This document shows positions 9,787-18,878 of a stretch of DNA of 32,907 nucleotides, in pieces. The position numbers and the translations under genes were made by a program. The notes beneath the pieces are model-generated. The model saw only the letters and a program-made list of their open reading frames with translations, was not told the origin of the DNA and made no database searches. The DNA is from Oscillospiraceae bacterium (GTDB taxonomy: Bacteria; Bacillota; Clostridia; Oscillospirales; Ruminococcaceae). Position 1 is the first letter of the stretch. Every line of letters starts with the position of its first letter. Location of the stretch: NCBI GenBank assembly GCA_045595985.1, contig JAZOBK010000098.1:1-32907 (forward strand). The letters are read 5' to 3'.

Positions 9787-10490
9787 TGGGTGCAATTTAC
9801 AGACGTGAAATAGGTGCATTTTTTACATCCGGCATCGCCTATGTATTCCTTGCGGTATTCTATGTATTTGCCGGCTATTTCTTCTCCATCAACACACTGG
9901 CAATGGGCTCGACCAATATGTCAGGTATGTTTGCGAATCTCTTTCTGGTAATCATTTTCCTCATTCCGATCCTGACCATGCGTCTGTTCAGTGAGGAAAA
10001 GAAGCAGAAAACCGAACAGGGACTGCTCACAGCCCCCGTTTCGCTGACGTCCATCGTGCTCGGCAAGTATTTTGCCGCACTGACGCTCTACACCATCGGC
10101 ATCAGCATTGTGTTTGTGTACGGACTGATCTTGAGTCTGTTCGGTTCCGTGGCATGGCTGACGCTGCTGTCCAATTTTCTGGCATTGCTGCTGCTGGGCG
10201 GTGCATTCTGTGCAGTCGGCGTGTTCATTTCTTCCCTGACGGAAAATCAGGTGGTTGCAGCTGTCGGCGGCTTTGTATGCCTGATGCTGCTGTATATGAT
10301 TGATGTCATTGCATCTTCCGTTGGCGTGACATGGCTGCAGAATTTCCTGTACGATATGTCTTTCTATTCCCGTTATTATGAATTCACCTGCGGTATTTTC
10401 AACCTCTCCAGCGTGCTGTTCTATGTCAGCTGTGCTGTGCTGTTCAATTTCTTTACAGTAAGAGTGTTTGAAAAAAGACGCTGGAGCTAA
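9786..10490 (+). CDS. ABC-2 type permease (GldF-like)
   Basis: 234-aa polytopic hydrophobic protein. Its start overlaps the ATPase stop (TAATG). Confidence 0.8.
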   Translation: MGAIYRREIGAFFTSGIAYVFLAVFYVFAGYFFSINTLAMGSTNMSGMFANLFLVIIFLIPILTMRLFSEEKKQKTEQGLLTAPVSLTSIVLGKYFAALTLYTIGISIVFVYGLILSLFGSVAWLTLLSNFLALLLLGGAFCAVGVFISSLTENQVVAAVGGFVCLMLLYMIDVIASSVGVTWLQNFLYDMSFYSRYYEFTCGIFNLSSVLFYVSCAVLFNFFTVRVFEKRRWS

Positions 10491-10502
10491 GGAGGCAGTA
10501 AG

Positions 10503-12146
10503 ATGGCTGATATTGAAAAGGAAAATATTCAGGAAGCCGCTGCTCCCGAGGCAGCGGAGAGTGCGGCTCCTGCAAAGGAAACAAAATCCCGCAAAATGAG
10601 TGTTGCGGCAATTAAGAAATTCAAGTACGGCGGACTTGCGACTGCAATTACTGCTGTTGTGGTTGCCATTGTTGTGGTGCTGAACCTGCTGGTGAGTATG
10701 CTTGTGGAAAAGTATCCCCTCAAGCTTGACCTGACAGAGAGTGCAATGTATGAAATCTCCGATGATACCATCGGATATGTTGAGAGCCTTGATCAGGAAG
10801 TCAACTTCACCGTTCTGATGGACGAGAGCAACTTCCAGACCAGCGGTACCTATCTGAAGATGGTGCACGAGATCCTGCAGAAGTACACGCAGTATTCCGA
10901 CAAGATCAACCTGACCTATGTTGATCCCACCAAGAATCCCGATGTTGTCAATGCCTATCAGGCAAATTACAGCGGTACACTGGTAGCGGGTGACGTTGTC
11001 ATTGCAAATGCGGCTGACAATACCAAAATGCGTGTGGTAAACGTGGACAATATGTTCACTTACGATCAGGAAAAGTATTATTACTATTCCTACTATGGCT
11101 ATTACAGCCTTGAGGACTGCATTACGGCATTCACAGGCGAGCAGGAACTGACCTCCGCACTGATGTATGTTACCGACGCAGATCCCGTGAACGTCGGTGT
11201 TCTGGCACTGGCAAACGGACAGCCGCTGTTCAACGCCAACAACAATGCCTATTCTGTGGCTATGTTTGAACAGACGCTGAAAAAGAACGGCTATGATATT
11301 ACGGAAATCGACCTGTACGGCGATGCGATCGACCCTGAAAAGTATGATATGCTCGTTCTGCCCGCACCTGTGAATGATCTGACGGAGGACGCCATTGAGA
11401 AGCTTTCACAGTTCCTTCACAACGACGGCAAGTATGAACGTGATCTGATCTATTTTGCAGACATTTCCCAGTCCAACACCCCCAATCTGGATAATTTCCT
11501 TGCATCATGGGGACTTCAGGTGGAAAAGACTGTTGCCATTGAAAGCGATGAGAGTGCTGCACAGGTAGTCGGTATTGCCATGAACGGACAGAAGGTTCAG
11601 GCAGGTGTACCCGTGGCAACCATCGTCAATACGGACTACAGTGCCAATATGGCAAATACCAGTCTGCCGATTCCGGCACCGTTCTGCCGTCCGATCACCC
11701 TGCTGTGGGAGAGCAAGACAAGCGGTATTACTTCTGCCCTGCTCAACACCTCATCCACGGTATATCTGCGTGATCCCGGTACAGAGGAGGAATCTGACAC
11801 CGATCCCGACGGTGCACAGACCATTGTGGCTGTGTCACAGAGAAGGGACAGGGATAATGACGACAATATCATGGAAAGCAATATCATGGTGATCGGTTCC
11901 ATGATGCTGACCGACATTTATATCATGCAGGATACTGCGTACAACAACGCAGAATACCTGACAAGTGCGATCAATACCATGACCGGCAAGGGCGACGGCA
12001 TGATCATCTCCCAGAAGGATCTGTCCAAATCCACCATTGCCATTGAACAGGGACAGCTCAATGCAGTCAATGTGGTGCTGTACACCATTCCGTTCATTAT
12101 CGTTGTAATTGGTATTGTGGTATTTATAAGGAGAAAGAATCGATGA
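10503..12146 (+). CDS. GldG-like ABC transport auxiliary protein
   Basis: N- and C-terminal TM anchors and a large extracytoplasmic domain. The LKLDLTESAMYEISDDT…VNFTVL pattern is typical of the GldG family, and the gene follows the ABC-2 permease. Confidence 0.7.
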   Translation: MADIEKENIQEAAAPEAAESAAPAKETKSRKMSVAAIKKFKYGGLATAITAVVVAIVVVLNLLVSMLVEKYPLKLDLTESAMYEISDDTIGYVESLDQEVNFTVLMDESNFQTSGTYLKMVHEILQKYTQYSDKINLTYVDPTKNPDVVNAYQANYSGTLVAGDVVIANAADNTKMRVVNVDNMFTYDQEKYYYYSYYGYYSLEDCITAFTGEQELTSALMYVTDADPVNVGVLALANGQPLFNANNNAYSVAMFEQTLKKNGYDITEIDLYGDAIDPEKYDMLVLPAPVNDLTEDAIEKLSQFLHNDGKYERDLIYFADISQSNTPNLDNFLASWGLQVEKTVAIESDESAAQVVGIAMNGQKVQAGVPVATIVNTDYSANMANTSLPIPAPFCRPITLLWESKTSGITSALLNTSSTVYLRDPGTEEESDTDPDGAQTIVAVSQRRDRDNDDNIMESNIMVIGSMMLTDIYIMQDTAYNNAEYLTSAINTMTGKGDGMIISQKDLSKSTIAIEQGQLNAVNVVLYTIPFIIVVIGIVVFIRRKNR

Positions 12147-13735
12147 GCAACGAAGAAAAGCAGAGCTTGCAGGAGCAGGATGACGATCTGCAGGCGGGGA
12201 TGGACACGTTCTTTGCCGAGCCGTCACCCGAACAGGAAAAGCAGAAAAAGACCGGCGGTATATCCAAAACCACAAAAGGTCTGATCGCAGGTGTGGCTGT
12301 GCTTGTACTTCTGGGCGGCGGTCTGACCGCAGCCTTGTTGCTTCGCAAGCAGGATACGCCCCCTGTCGGCACCGGAGAATCCGAGAATGTGGATGCTACC
12401 GATGCGGAGGATCTGATCCCGCTGAACACGTCGCTTTCGGAGAATGTGACGCAGGTTGACATCAAGGGTGCGGACACCTTCACGATGTACCGTATTTCCG
12501 AAGCAACAGAAACCGAGAGTGCCGTATATGGCATCAAGGGGCTGGAGGATATTCCGCTGAGCAACAATCTGCTGTCCACGCTTGCCAATAATGCCAGTGA
12601 CCTGTACGGGTATCAGCTGGTGGAGGAGAATGCAGCGGATCTTGAAAAATACGGGCTTGCAAAGCCCAATGCAAAGATCACCATGCATTATGCGGACGGT
12701 GCGGAGTTTACCATGTCCATCGGCATGGAATCGCCGCTGGATAATATCTACACCTACGCACTGGTGAATGATGATGTTTATCTTGTCAAATCCTCTCTGA
12801 TGACGAATTACAGGAAGGATACGGCTTTCTTTGTTTCCACGACTGTGCTGGAGGAACCTGCGGAGGATGCATATCCGATCGTCAAATCGGTGCGGATCCA
12901 GCGTGAGGATCTGGACTACGACATTTATCTGGAGTACGATGATGATGCGGATGCGGACGCTTCGGGCGGTACTGCTGCAACTCATGTGATGGTGGAACCC
13001 GTGAAGGCATTCCTGACGCCGGATAAGTCCGTTGATGTGACCAACGGAATGTTCGGTCTGTATGCAGCACAGATCGCTGCGATCCACCCGACGGATGCAG
13101 AGCTTGAGGATGCAGGGATTACGGATCCGTTCTGCACGGTTACAATGAAATGTGACAACGGCAAGACCTATTCTCTGTATTTCGGCGACACCTATACAAA
13201 CGAATCCACAGATTCCGAGTGCTATTACGCATATCTTGACGGCGTAGATGTGCTGTACGGCATCTCTGCGGACAAAGCTGTATGGGCAACCATGCAGCCG
13301 AGCGATATTACTTCTGCAAACATCCTCAACAACTATGTATGGGATATTGCCACACTGGATGTAGCTGCAAACGGCAAAAAGATCAGCTTCAAGGGCAAGG
13401 GCGATAAGGATGACTATGAGGTAACCAAGGACGGCAAGGCTTGCAACAGCGAACGTTTCCGACTGTTCTATCGTTTCATGCTGTATATTTATGGTGAGGA
13501 GCTTTATCTGGATGGAGAAGTACCGGCAGGTGAACCGGATGCCTATATTCATCTGACGACGCAGGAGGGTGAAGACAACATGAACGTGGACTTCTACAAG
13601 CTGGATAATCTGAATCTGCTTGTGGTCGTTAACGGACAGCCCACCTACAAGACAAGAGCTTCCTGTCTGGATGCAATTGCACACAATATCGACATTTTCG
13701 ACACAACTGAAGAATTTAGTACAACATGGCGGTAA
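12143..13735 (+). CDS. DUF4340-like membrane-anchored protein
   Basis: ATGA overlap with the GldG-like gene. Single N-terminal TM segment and the usual position after gldG homologues. The family call rests on context and architecture only. Confidence 0.5.
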   Translation: MSNEEKQSLQEQDDDLQAGMDTFFAEPSPEQEKQKKTGGISKTTKGLIAGVAVLVLLGGGLTAALLLRKQDTPPVGTGESENVDATDAEDLIPLNTSLSENVTQVDIKGADTFTMYRISEATETESAVYGIKGLEDIPLSNNLLSTLANNASDLYGYQLVEENAADLEKYGLAKPNAKITMHYADGAEFTMSIGMESPLDNIYTYALVNDDVYLVKSSLMTNYRKDTAFFVSTTVLEEPAEDAYPIVKSVRIQREDLDYDIYLEYDDDADADASGGTAATHVMVEPVKAFLTPDKSVDVTNGMFGLYAAQIAAIHPTDAELEDAGITDPFCTVTMKCDNGKTYSLYFGDTYTNESTDSECYYAYLDGVDVLYGISADKAVWATMQPSDITSANILNNYVWDIATLDVAANGKKISFKGKGDKDDYEVTKDGKACNSERFRLFYRFMLYIYGEELYLDGEVPAGEPDAYIHLTTQEGEDNMNVDFYKLDNLNLLVVVNGQPTYKTRASCLDAIAHNIDIFDTTEEFSTTWR

Positions 13736-13761
13736 ACGAACGCCATGAGAAAGGAGCCGTT

Positions 13762-14043
13762 ATGGAATCCAAATTCATGACTTATAAGGGATACCCCTTG
13801 GTACGCAAGGGCGATGAGATTTATTTTGGCTATATGAGCGACGAATACGTTGTCTGGATGCAGATCGACAAGAAGCAGGCAGAGGGCGGCGTTGACGTAT
13901 CGCAGAAGATCCGTCTTTATCAGATGTCCACGGATGAAAAGCTCAGTCCGCTTGATGCGATCGTCAAGACCTCCGAGCGTGATACGCTGTATGATGCACT
14001 GGATGTTGCGGTTGCATGGCTGGAACGTGCAAACACGAAATAA
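13762..14043 (+). CDS. hypothetical protein (93 aa)
   Basis: ATG at 13762 is preceded by GAAAGGAG. It is the last gene of the unit and is followed by hairpins. Confidence 0.5.
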   Translation: MESKFMTYKGYPLVRKGDEIYFGYMSDEYVVWMQIDKKQAEGGVDVSQKIRLYQMSTDEKLSPLDAIVKTSERDTLYDALDVAVAWLERANTK

Positions 14044-14049
14044 GTAACA

Positions 14050-14075
14050 AAGGGCGATGCATATGCATCGCCCTT
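14050..14075. terminator. perfect 26-nt palindrome hairpin
   Basis: AAGGGCGATGCAT|ATGCATCGCCCTT, located between convergent genes. Confidence 0.5.
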
Positions 14076-14101
14076 CAGCTTGTCGAAAAGTAACGTTTTG
14101 A

Positions 14102-14136
14102 GTTCTCCCAGCCCGCCGTAGGCGGGCTGGGAGAAC
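14102..14136. terminator. 16-bp perfect stem hairpin (CCCGCC-GTA-GGCGGG core)
   Basis: GTTCTCCCAGCCCGCC-gta-GGCGGGCTGGGAGAAC, located between convergent genes. Confidence 0.55.
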
Positions 14137-14180
14137 GTATTTATGAGCTTTCCCCCGCCGCCTGCGGCATTGGGATTCAA

Positions 14181-15473
14181 TTATTTACCAGTTTTTCGCC
14201 CACGCTTCGGCATACCGATGAACAGGATATCCGACCGATACAGCTTCAGTGCCAGCAGCGTCATACCAATCAGGAATACCGTCTGATAGGCAAGACCGCC
14301 CCAGAACAGCGGCAGATCATGGAATCGCAGACAGGAGGTTGCCGCAAAGGTATGCGAGAACGGGATGATGTACATCACGATTCTGGCGAATCCCTCCATG
14401 TGACGGATGTCGGAAACCATCGACAGAATATAGGGGAACATCGTGCATACCAGTATCGGCAGGCTTGCCATCTGTGAGCCTTTGGCGTCCTGCACTAACG
14501 CACCCAGAACGATGGACGCCATCAGAGCAATGCCGATGGTCAGTGCCAGCTGCACGAATACCAAAGCCCAGCCCCACATGGGAATCTGCAGTCCCAGTGC
14601 AATCGTAGCCTGATTCATGCGTGCCATATCGGTAACCGCTTCGCCGAGGTTCACACTTTCGCCCGTTCCGCTGACTGTCATCACCATCGTCACCAGAAAT
14701 CCCACGCCGTAGGTCACCGCATAGATCAACGCCACGATCAGTGCGGCAAGCATTTTTGCACCGATGATGTGACCCCTCGGTACGGGGGAGGCAAGGAGTG
14801 TTTCCAGCGTTTTATCGGTTTTTTCTGCACCGACAGCCGTAATGATGGTCTGTGATGTCAGCACGATGAGCATGAACAGCACCAGAGGCATGAGCTTGTC
14901 AAACAGGGACAGGGAGCTGACCAGCAGTGTGCTGTTCACCTGTGCTTCCTTACCGTTTGCGACAGTGTAGGAAGTGCTTGTGACAGGTGCAGCAAGGAAT
15001 TCCATGTTGCTGCCCAGAGATTCCTCCATGAGCATTTCCTGCACTTTTTCCGTAACTGCGTCCGCACTCGTGTTTTCTGTCATCATTGCACTCATGGAGG
15101 TCGTGGATTTCAGTGCGGACACGCTGTAGATTTCGCCCGCCTGCATCTGTTCCAGAACAGATGCGGTAAAGCCCTTCGTGATAATGGCAGCCTCGTCCCA
15201 TTTCATGGAATCCATAAGCTTTGCAAGATCTTCGCTGCCTTCGGCGGTTTTCACGGTGTAGCCGTCCTCCTCCAGCTCCGAAAGAACCTTCTTTGTGAAA
15301 TCCGTGTTATCCATATCCACAATATGCAGCTCACCGCTGAATTCCAGTGTTTCGGAAACGGTATTCGTCATGATCACGCCCAACAGGACAATGAGCACGA
15401 GCGTTCCCAGGAGTCCGAGCAGCATCTGTTTGTTCAGAAGCTCCGATAATTCTTTTCGCAGCAAATGCATCAT
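14181..15473 (-). CDS. ABC-2 family permease (NatB/YhaP-like, large extracytoplasmic loop)
   Basis: 430 aa with an N-terminal TM, a roughly 150-aa loop and then 5 TM segments. ATGA overlap with the upstream ATPase. Confidence 0.8.
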   Translation of the reverse strand: MMHLLRKELSELLNKQMLLGLLGTLVLIVLLGVIMTNTVSETLEFSGELHIVDMDNTDFTKKVLSELEEDGYTVKTAEGSEDLAKLMDSMKWDEAAIITKGFTASVLEQMQAGEIYSVSALKSTTSMSAMMTENTSADAVTEKVQEMLMEESLGSNMEFLAAPVTSTSYTVANGKEAQVNSTLLVSSLSLFDKLMPLVLFMLIVLTSQTIITAVGAEKTDKTLETLLASPVPRGHIIGAKMLAALIVALIYAVTYGVGFLVTMVMTVSGTGESVNLGEAVTDMARMNQATIALGLQIPMWGWALVFVQLALTIGIALMASIVLGALVQDAKGSQMASLPILVCTMFPYILSMVSDIRHMEGFARIVMYIIPFSHTFAATSCLRFHDLPLFWGGLAYQTVFLIGMTLLALKLYRSDILFIGMPKRGRKTGK

Positions 15474-16201
15474 ACGCCTGTCACCGCCCTTTCAAACACT
15501 TCCTCAAGCGTTGCCGCTTCATATTTTGCAAGCAGTTCCTGCGGTGTACCCTCCGCAAGGAATACACCGTCCTTCATGATGCAGCAGCGGTCGGCAGTGG
15601 TCGAAATTTCCTGCATATGGTGGGAAGAAAGCAGGAATGCCGTACCGTATTCCTTCGCACAGCGGCGGATGGTCTTGCGGATGTCCAGTGAATTGAGCAC
15701 ATCCAGACCGCTGGTGGGTTCATCGAGGATCGCAAGTCTGGGCTTGGGCATGACGGTTCTTGCCAGTACCAGCTTTCGTGTCATGCCGCGGCTGTAGGTG
15801 CTGATCTTACGGTTGAGGGCGTCGCCCAGTCCGCAGATCTCCTCACCAAGTGCCACGCAAGCCTTTTGTTCGGATTCCTCCTTGAAATAAAGCCCCGCAA
15901 TGAATTGCAGGTACTTTCGTCCTGTCATGCTGCGGTATGCACCGGCCTCGTCGGGCAGGTAGCTGATATTGGCACGCACAAGCTCGGGTTCTTTGGTGAT
16001 GCTGTGCCCTGCGATGAATGCGTTGCCGCTGTCGGGATGCAGAAGCGTTGCCAGCATACGGAGAATGGTGGTTTTACCCGCACCGTTCATGCCCATCAGA
16101 CCGAAGATCTCACCCTCTCCGATCTGAAAGGAAACGTCATTCACGGCTTGTTTTTTGCCGTAGGCTTTGGAAATATGCTGCACATCAAGTGCCGGATTCA
16201 T
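15470..16201 (-). CDS. ABC transporter ATP-binding protein (NatA-like)
   Basis: Walker A GMNGAGKTT, signature YSRGMTRK, Walker B LAILDEPTSGLD. AAGGAGGA RBS. Confidence 0.9.
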   Translation of the reverse strand: MNPALDVQHISKAYGKKQAVNDVSFQIGEGEIFGLMGMNGAGKTTILRMLATLLHPDSGNAFIAGHSITKEPELVRANISYLPDEAGAYRSMTGRKYLQFIAGLYFKEESEQKACVALGEEICGLGDALNRKISTYSRGMTRKLVLARTVMPKPRLAILDEPTSGLDVLNSLDIRKTIRRCAKEYGTAFLLSSHHMQEISTTADRCCIMKDGVFLAEGTPQELLAKYEAATLEEVFERAVTGV

Positions 16202-16225
16202 GGGGATTCCTCCTTTATGTGATGA

Positions 16226-17566
16226 TTATAGATAGCGTGATAATTTTTCACCCCAGATACCAATGCGTTTGTAGGAAATGCATTTGCAGAGAAAATCGGA
16301 AAATTTCCCGAATTTTCGGTACAGGAGATTGAATGCGAGATAGGCAGCCCGCTGATCCTTGTGTTCCGGTATCCGTCGGATGATATTCTTCAGACTGTAG
16401 ATCTGCTTGTAGATGCGGATGTACCCGTCATACAATTCCTCCGCCGTCATGTTGGCGGGACGGAACACGACATTTGCCGTGTTGTACAGCGAGAGATCAT
16501 CCGTCACAATGCGTCCCTCCGCCTTCATGCGGTCATACAATGCCGTTCCCGGATAGGGGGTAAGAATATGAGAGGTGACGGTTTCAATTTTATTTCTGAC
16601 GATCCAGTCGAGTGTGGCGTCAAAGGTTTTCGGCGTGTCGCCGTCAAGTCCGAATACAAGGCTTGCATTGATCATAATGCCGCGGTCATGGATCGCTCTG
16701 ATTGCCTTTTCATAGCTGTCCGTTTTGTTCTGTACCTTGTGGACGTCGCTGATGGAATCGGGATTGATGCTTTCAAATCCGATGAACAGCCCCTGACAGC
16801 CGCTTTCCTTCATCAGGTCGAGCAGCTCGGAATCGTAGGCGGCATTGATGGAAACCGCCGCATTCCATTTGAGCTTCATCGGCGTGATGGCTTTGAGAAA
16901 TGCCCTCGTCCACTGTGGATTTCCCGCAAAATTATCATCAATGAACATGATGTGTCTGGACTTGACCGCTTTGATGTCCGCAATGACATCCTCAATTTCA
17001 CGGTTGAGGTATTTCTGGTCGTTTCCGCTGTTGTAGCAGAAATCACACCGGAACGGGCAGCCGCGGCTTGTATGTACCACGTTGCAGTAGAGGTATTCCT
17101 CTGGTTTTACCGTATCATAAGCGGGAGAAACGATGTCCGCACCGCACAGGGGTTTCCGGCAGCGGTATATTTTTTGCAGACAGCCATTCTGATGATCTCT
17201 GAGAATGTCCGGCCATGTGCCCTCCGCAGCCCCGATGCACAGCACATCAAAGCTGTCCTGCGGGATGAATGCTGTCGCCGTCGTGATATGGATGCCGCCT
17301 GCTACCACGGGGATACCCTGCCTCCGGAATCGCTTTGCGATCTCCACAGCCCTCGGCAGCGTATCAACCGTTACGGAGATTCCTACAATATCAGGCTTGT
17401 CATCGTAGCAGATCTCCTGTATGTTCTCGTTTTCAAGCGATACTCTGTGTTCCCTACGCACCATGTTTACAATGGTAAGCAGTCCAAGCGGCGGTGCCAT
17501 GTGCAGCTTGATGTCCGTGTCCATCGGTCTTTTTATCATTTTCGGCTGAATGAGCTTGATATACAT
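16226..17566 (-). CDS. B12-binding-domain radical SAM protein (class B)
   Basis: ATG at 17566 follows GGGGAGG. N-terminal B12-binding-like domain (…IVGISVTV…VVAGGIH…) and a CPFRCDFC CxxxCxxC motif. Confidence 0.85.
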   Translation of the reverse strand: MYIKLIQPKMIKRPMDTDIKLHMAPPLGLLTIVNMVRREHRVSLENENIQEICYDDKPDIVGISVTVDTLPRAVEIAKRFRRQGIPVVAGGIHITTATAFIPQDSFDVLCIGAAEGTWPDILRDHQNGCLQKIYRCRKPLCGADIVSPAYDTVKPEEYLYCNVVHTSRGCPFRCDFCYNSGNDQKYLNREIEDVIADIKAVKSRHIMFIDDNFAGNPQWTRAFLKAITPMKLKWNAAVSINAAYDSELLDLMKESGCQGLFIGFESINPDSISDVHKVQNKTDSYEKAIRAIHDRGIMINASLVFGLDGDTPKTFDATLDWIVRNKIETVTSHILTPYPGTALYDRMKAEGRIVTDDLSLYNTANVVFRPANMTAEELYDGYIRIYKQIYSLKNIIRRIPEHKDQRAAYLAFNLLYRKFGKFSDFLCKCISYKRIGIWGEKLSRYL

Positions 17567-17604
17567 ACTGTTCGCCTCCCCGGGCATTGTATTCCTGTAG
17601 TTAC

Positions 17605-17633
17605 AGTATAGCATATCAAATATCATTTGTCAA
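17605..17633 (-). promoter_or_regulatory. near-consensus sigma-A promoter of the radical SAM/ABC operon
   Basis: On the minus strand: TTGACA, 17 nt, TATACT, with a TGn extended -10. Confidence 0.55.
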
Positions 17634-17692
17634 GAGTTTTTTATTGAAAAACAATAAATATTTTCTTTTTTGCAAGAAGTAGGAATTTCGGG

Positions 17693-17721
17693 CTTGCATT
17701 TTTGGGGAAAGTATGTTAGAA
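17693..17721 (+). promoter_or_regulatory. promoter of the mntR-like/PPTase pair
   Basis: TTGCAT, 17 nt, TAGAAT, with a TGn extension. Confidence 0.45.
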
Positions 17722-17771
17722 TAAACATAATACATTACTTGAAGCATAGGGAATGCGGAAGGGAGCAAGCT

Positions 17772-18167
17772 ATGTCCTTACACGAATCGGGCGAGGATTA
17801 CCTCGAAACTATATATTTACTGTGCCGGAAGAACGCCCATGTCCGCTCTGTGGATATTGCCAACGAGCTGGGCTATACCAAAGCCAGCATCAGCCGTGCG
17901 ATGCGGATTCTCCGTGAGGAGGGACTGATTTCCGTTGCACAGGACGGTGCCATCAGACTGACCAAGGTAGGGGAGAAGAAGGCGGTGGAGGTGTACGAAC
18001 GCCACACACTCATCACGGATTTTTTCGAGCAGTTCCTCGGTGTCAATGAGGTGACAGCGGAAAAGGATGCCTGCAAGATCGAGCACGTGATCAGCGAAGA
18101 AACCTATCTGCGTCTGCGTTCCTACATGACAAAGCAGGGGTACGAGCCCAAGAAGCCGAAAGTATGA
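17772..18167 (+). CDS. mntR: DtxR/MntR family metal-dependent transcriptional regulator
   Basis: MSLHESGEDYLETIYLL…VRSVDIANELGYTKASISRAMRIL is the typical N-terminal wHTH. The ATG at 17772 follows GGAAGGGAG. Confidence 0.85.
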   Translation: MSLHESGEDYLETIYLLCRKNAHVRSVDIANELGYTKASISRAMRILREEGLISVAQDGAIRLTKVGEKKAVEVYERHTLITDFFEQFLGVNEVTAEKDACKIEHVISEETYLRLRSYMTKQGYEPKKPKV

Positions 18168-18775
18168 GTCATCGTCTGCCGATCCCCACGGAATGGGGAG
18201 CACTGTATGCCGCTGTGATTTCCAAAACGCTCAAGCATGAACAGCATGAAGCGGCACATCGGCTGCTGCAGGAATGTCTGCCGCTGTATGCACGGGAACA
18301 CGGCATTTCTGTTTCCAAAGCAGCACCCGTGCTGTCGTTCGGAGAAATGGGGAAGCCCGTTTTTCGGGACTATCCCCGGATCCACTTCAATTTAAGCCAT
18401 TGCATGGGACTTGCGGTCTGTCTGTTTTCGGAAACCGAATGCGGTGTGGACTGTGAGAGCATCCGCAAATACAAGCCCCGTACCGCACAGCGTGTCTGCA
18501 CACCGCAGGAGAACGCCACACTGGAAGCGGCGGAGGATCCCGACATTCTGTTCACACGCCTGTGGACGCTCAAGGAAGCCTATGTCAAAGCCATCGGCAT
18601 CGGAATTTCCTATCCGCTGCGTGAGGTCGGTTTTGTCATTGATGGTGAGAATATCGTGTCAAACCGCACGGATGCGTCATTTATGCAGCTCCTGCTGCCG
18701 GATCATGTCGTCAGCGTCTGCACCCTGAAACGGATGGAGCCGCAGACGGTCGTAAAAGCAGAAATTTTGCATTGA
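18164..18775 (+). CDS. Sfp-type 4'-phosphopantetheinyl transferase
   Basis: Motifs GKP, FNLSH, GVDCE and WTLKEAYVKAIG. ATGA overlap with the mntR-like stop. Confidence 0.85.
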   Translation: MSHRLPIPTEWGALYAAVISKTLKHEQHEAAHRLLQECLPLYAREHGISVSKAAPVLSFGEMGKPVFRDYPRIHFNLSHCMGLAVCLFSETECGVDCESIRKYKPRTAQRVCTPQENATLEAAEDPDILFTRLWTLKEAYVKAIGIGISYPLREVGFVIDGENIVSNRTDASFMQLLLPDHVVSVCTLKRMEPQTVVKAEILH

Positions 18776-18808
18776 TTCCTCGACCTATAGCAAGGAATCG
18801 GTGCTTTG

Positions 18809-18837
18809 AAATTCCCCCGCCGCAGGCGGGGGAATTT
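18809..18837. terminator. 13-bp perfect stem hairpin (CCCGCC-GCA-GGCGGG core), bidirectional terminator candidate
   Basis: AAATTCCCCCGCC-gca-GGCGGGGGAATTT with flanking T/A runs, between convergent genes. Confidence 0.6.
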
Positions 18838-18878
18838 TCATCAGTATGTACTTTCAACTCACCGAACGGTGATTTTTA

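Noticed and set aside
8812-13684. Long minus-strand ORFs antisense to the ABC/GldG/DUF4340 genes (8812-9819, 9921-10868, 12224-13684).
   Set aside because: They are antisense shadows of genes with clear Walker motifs and TM architecture. They have no RBS or motif support.
16361-17611. 416-aa plus-strand ORF opposite the radical SAM gene.
   Set aside because: The minus-strand frame carries the CxxxCxxC motif, a B12-like domain, an RBS and a consensus promoter. The plus-strand ORF has no recognisable features.
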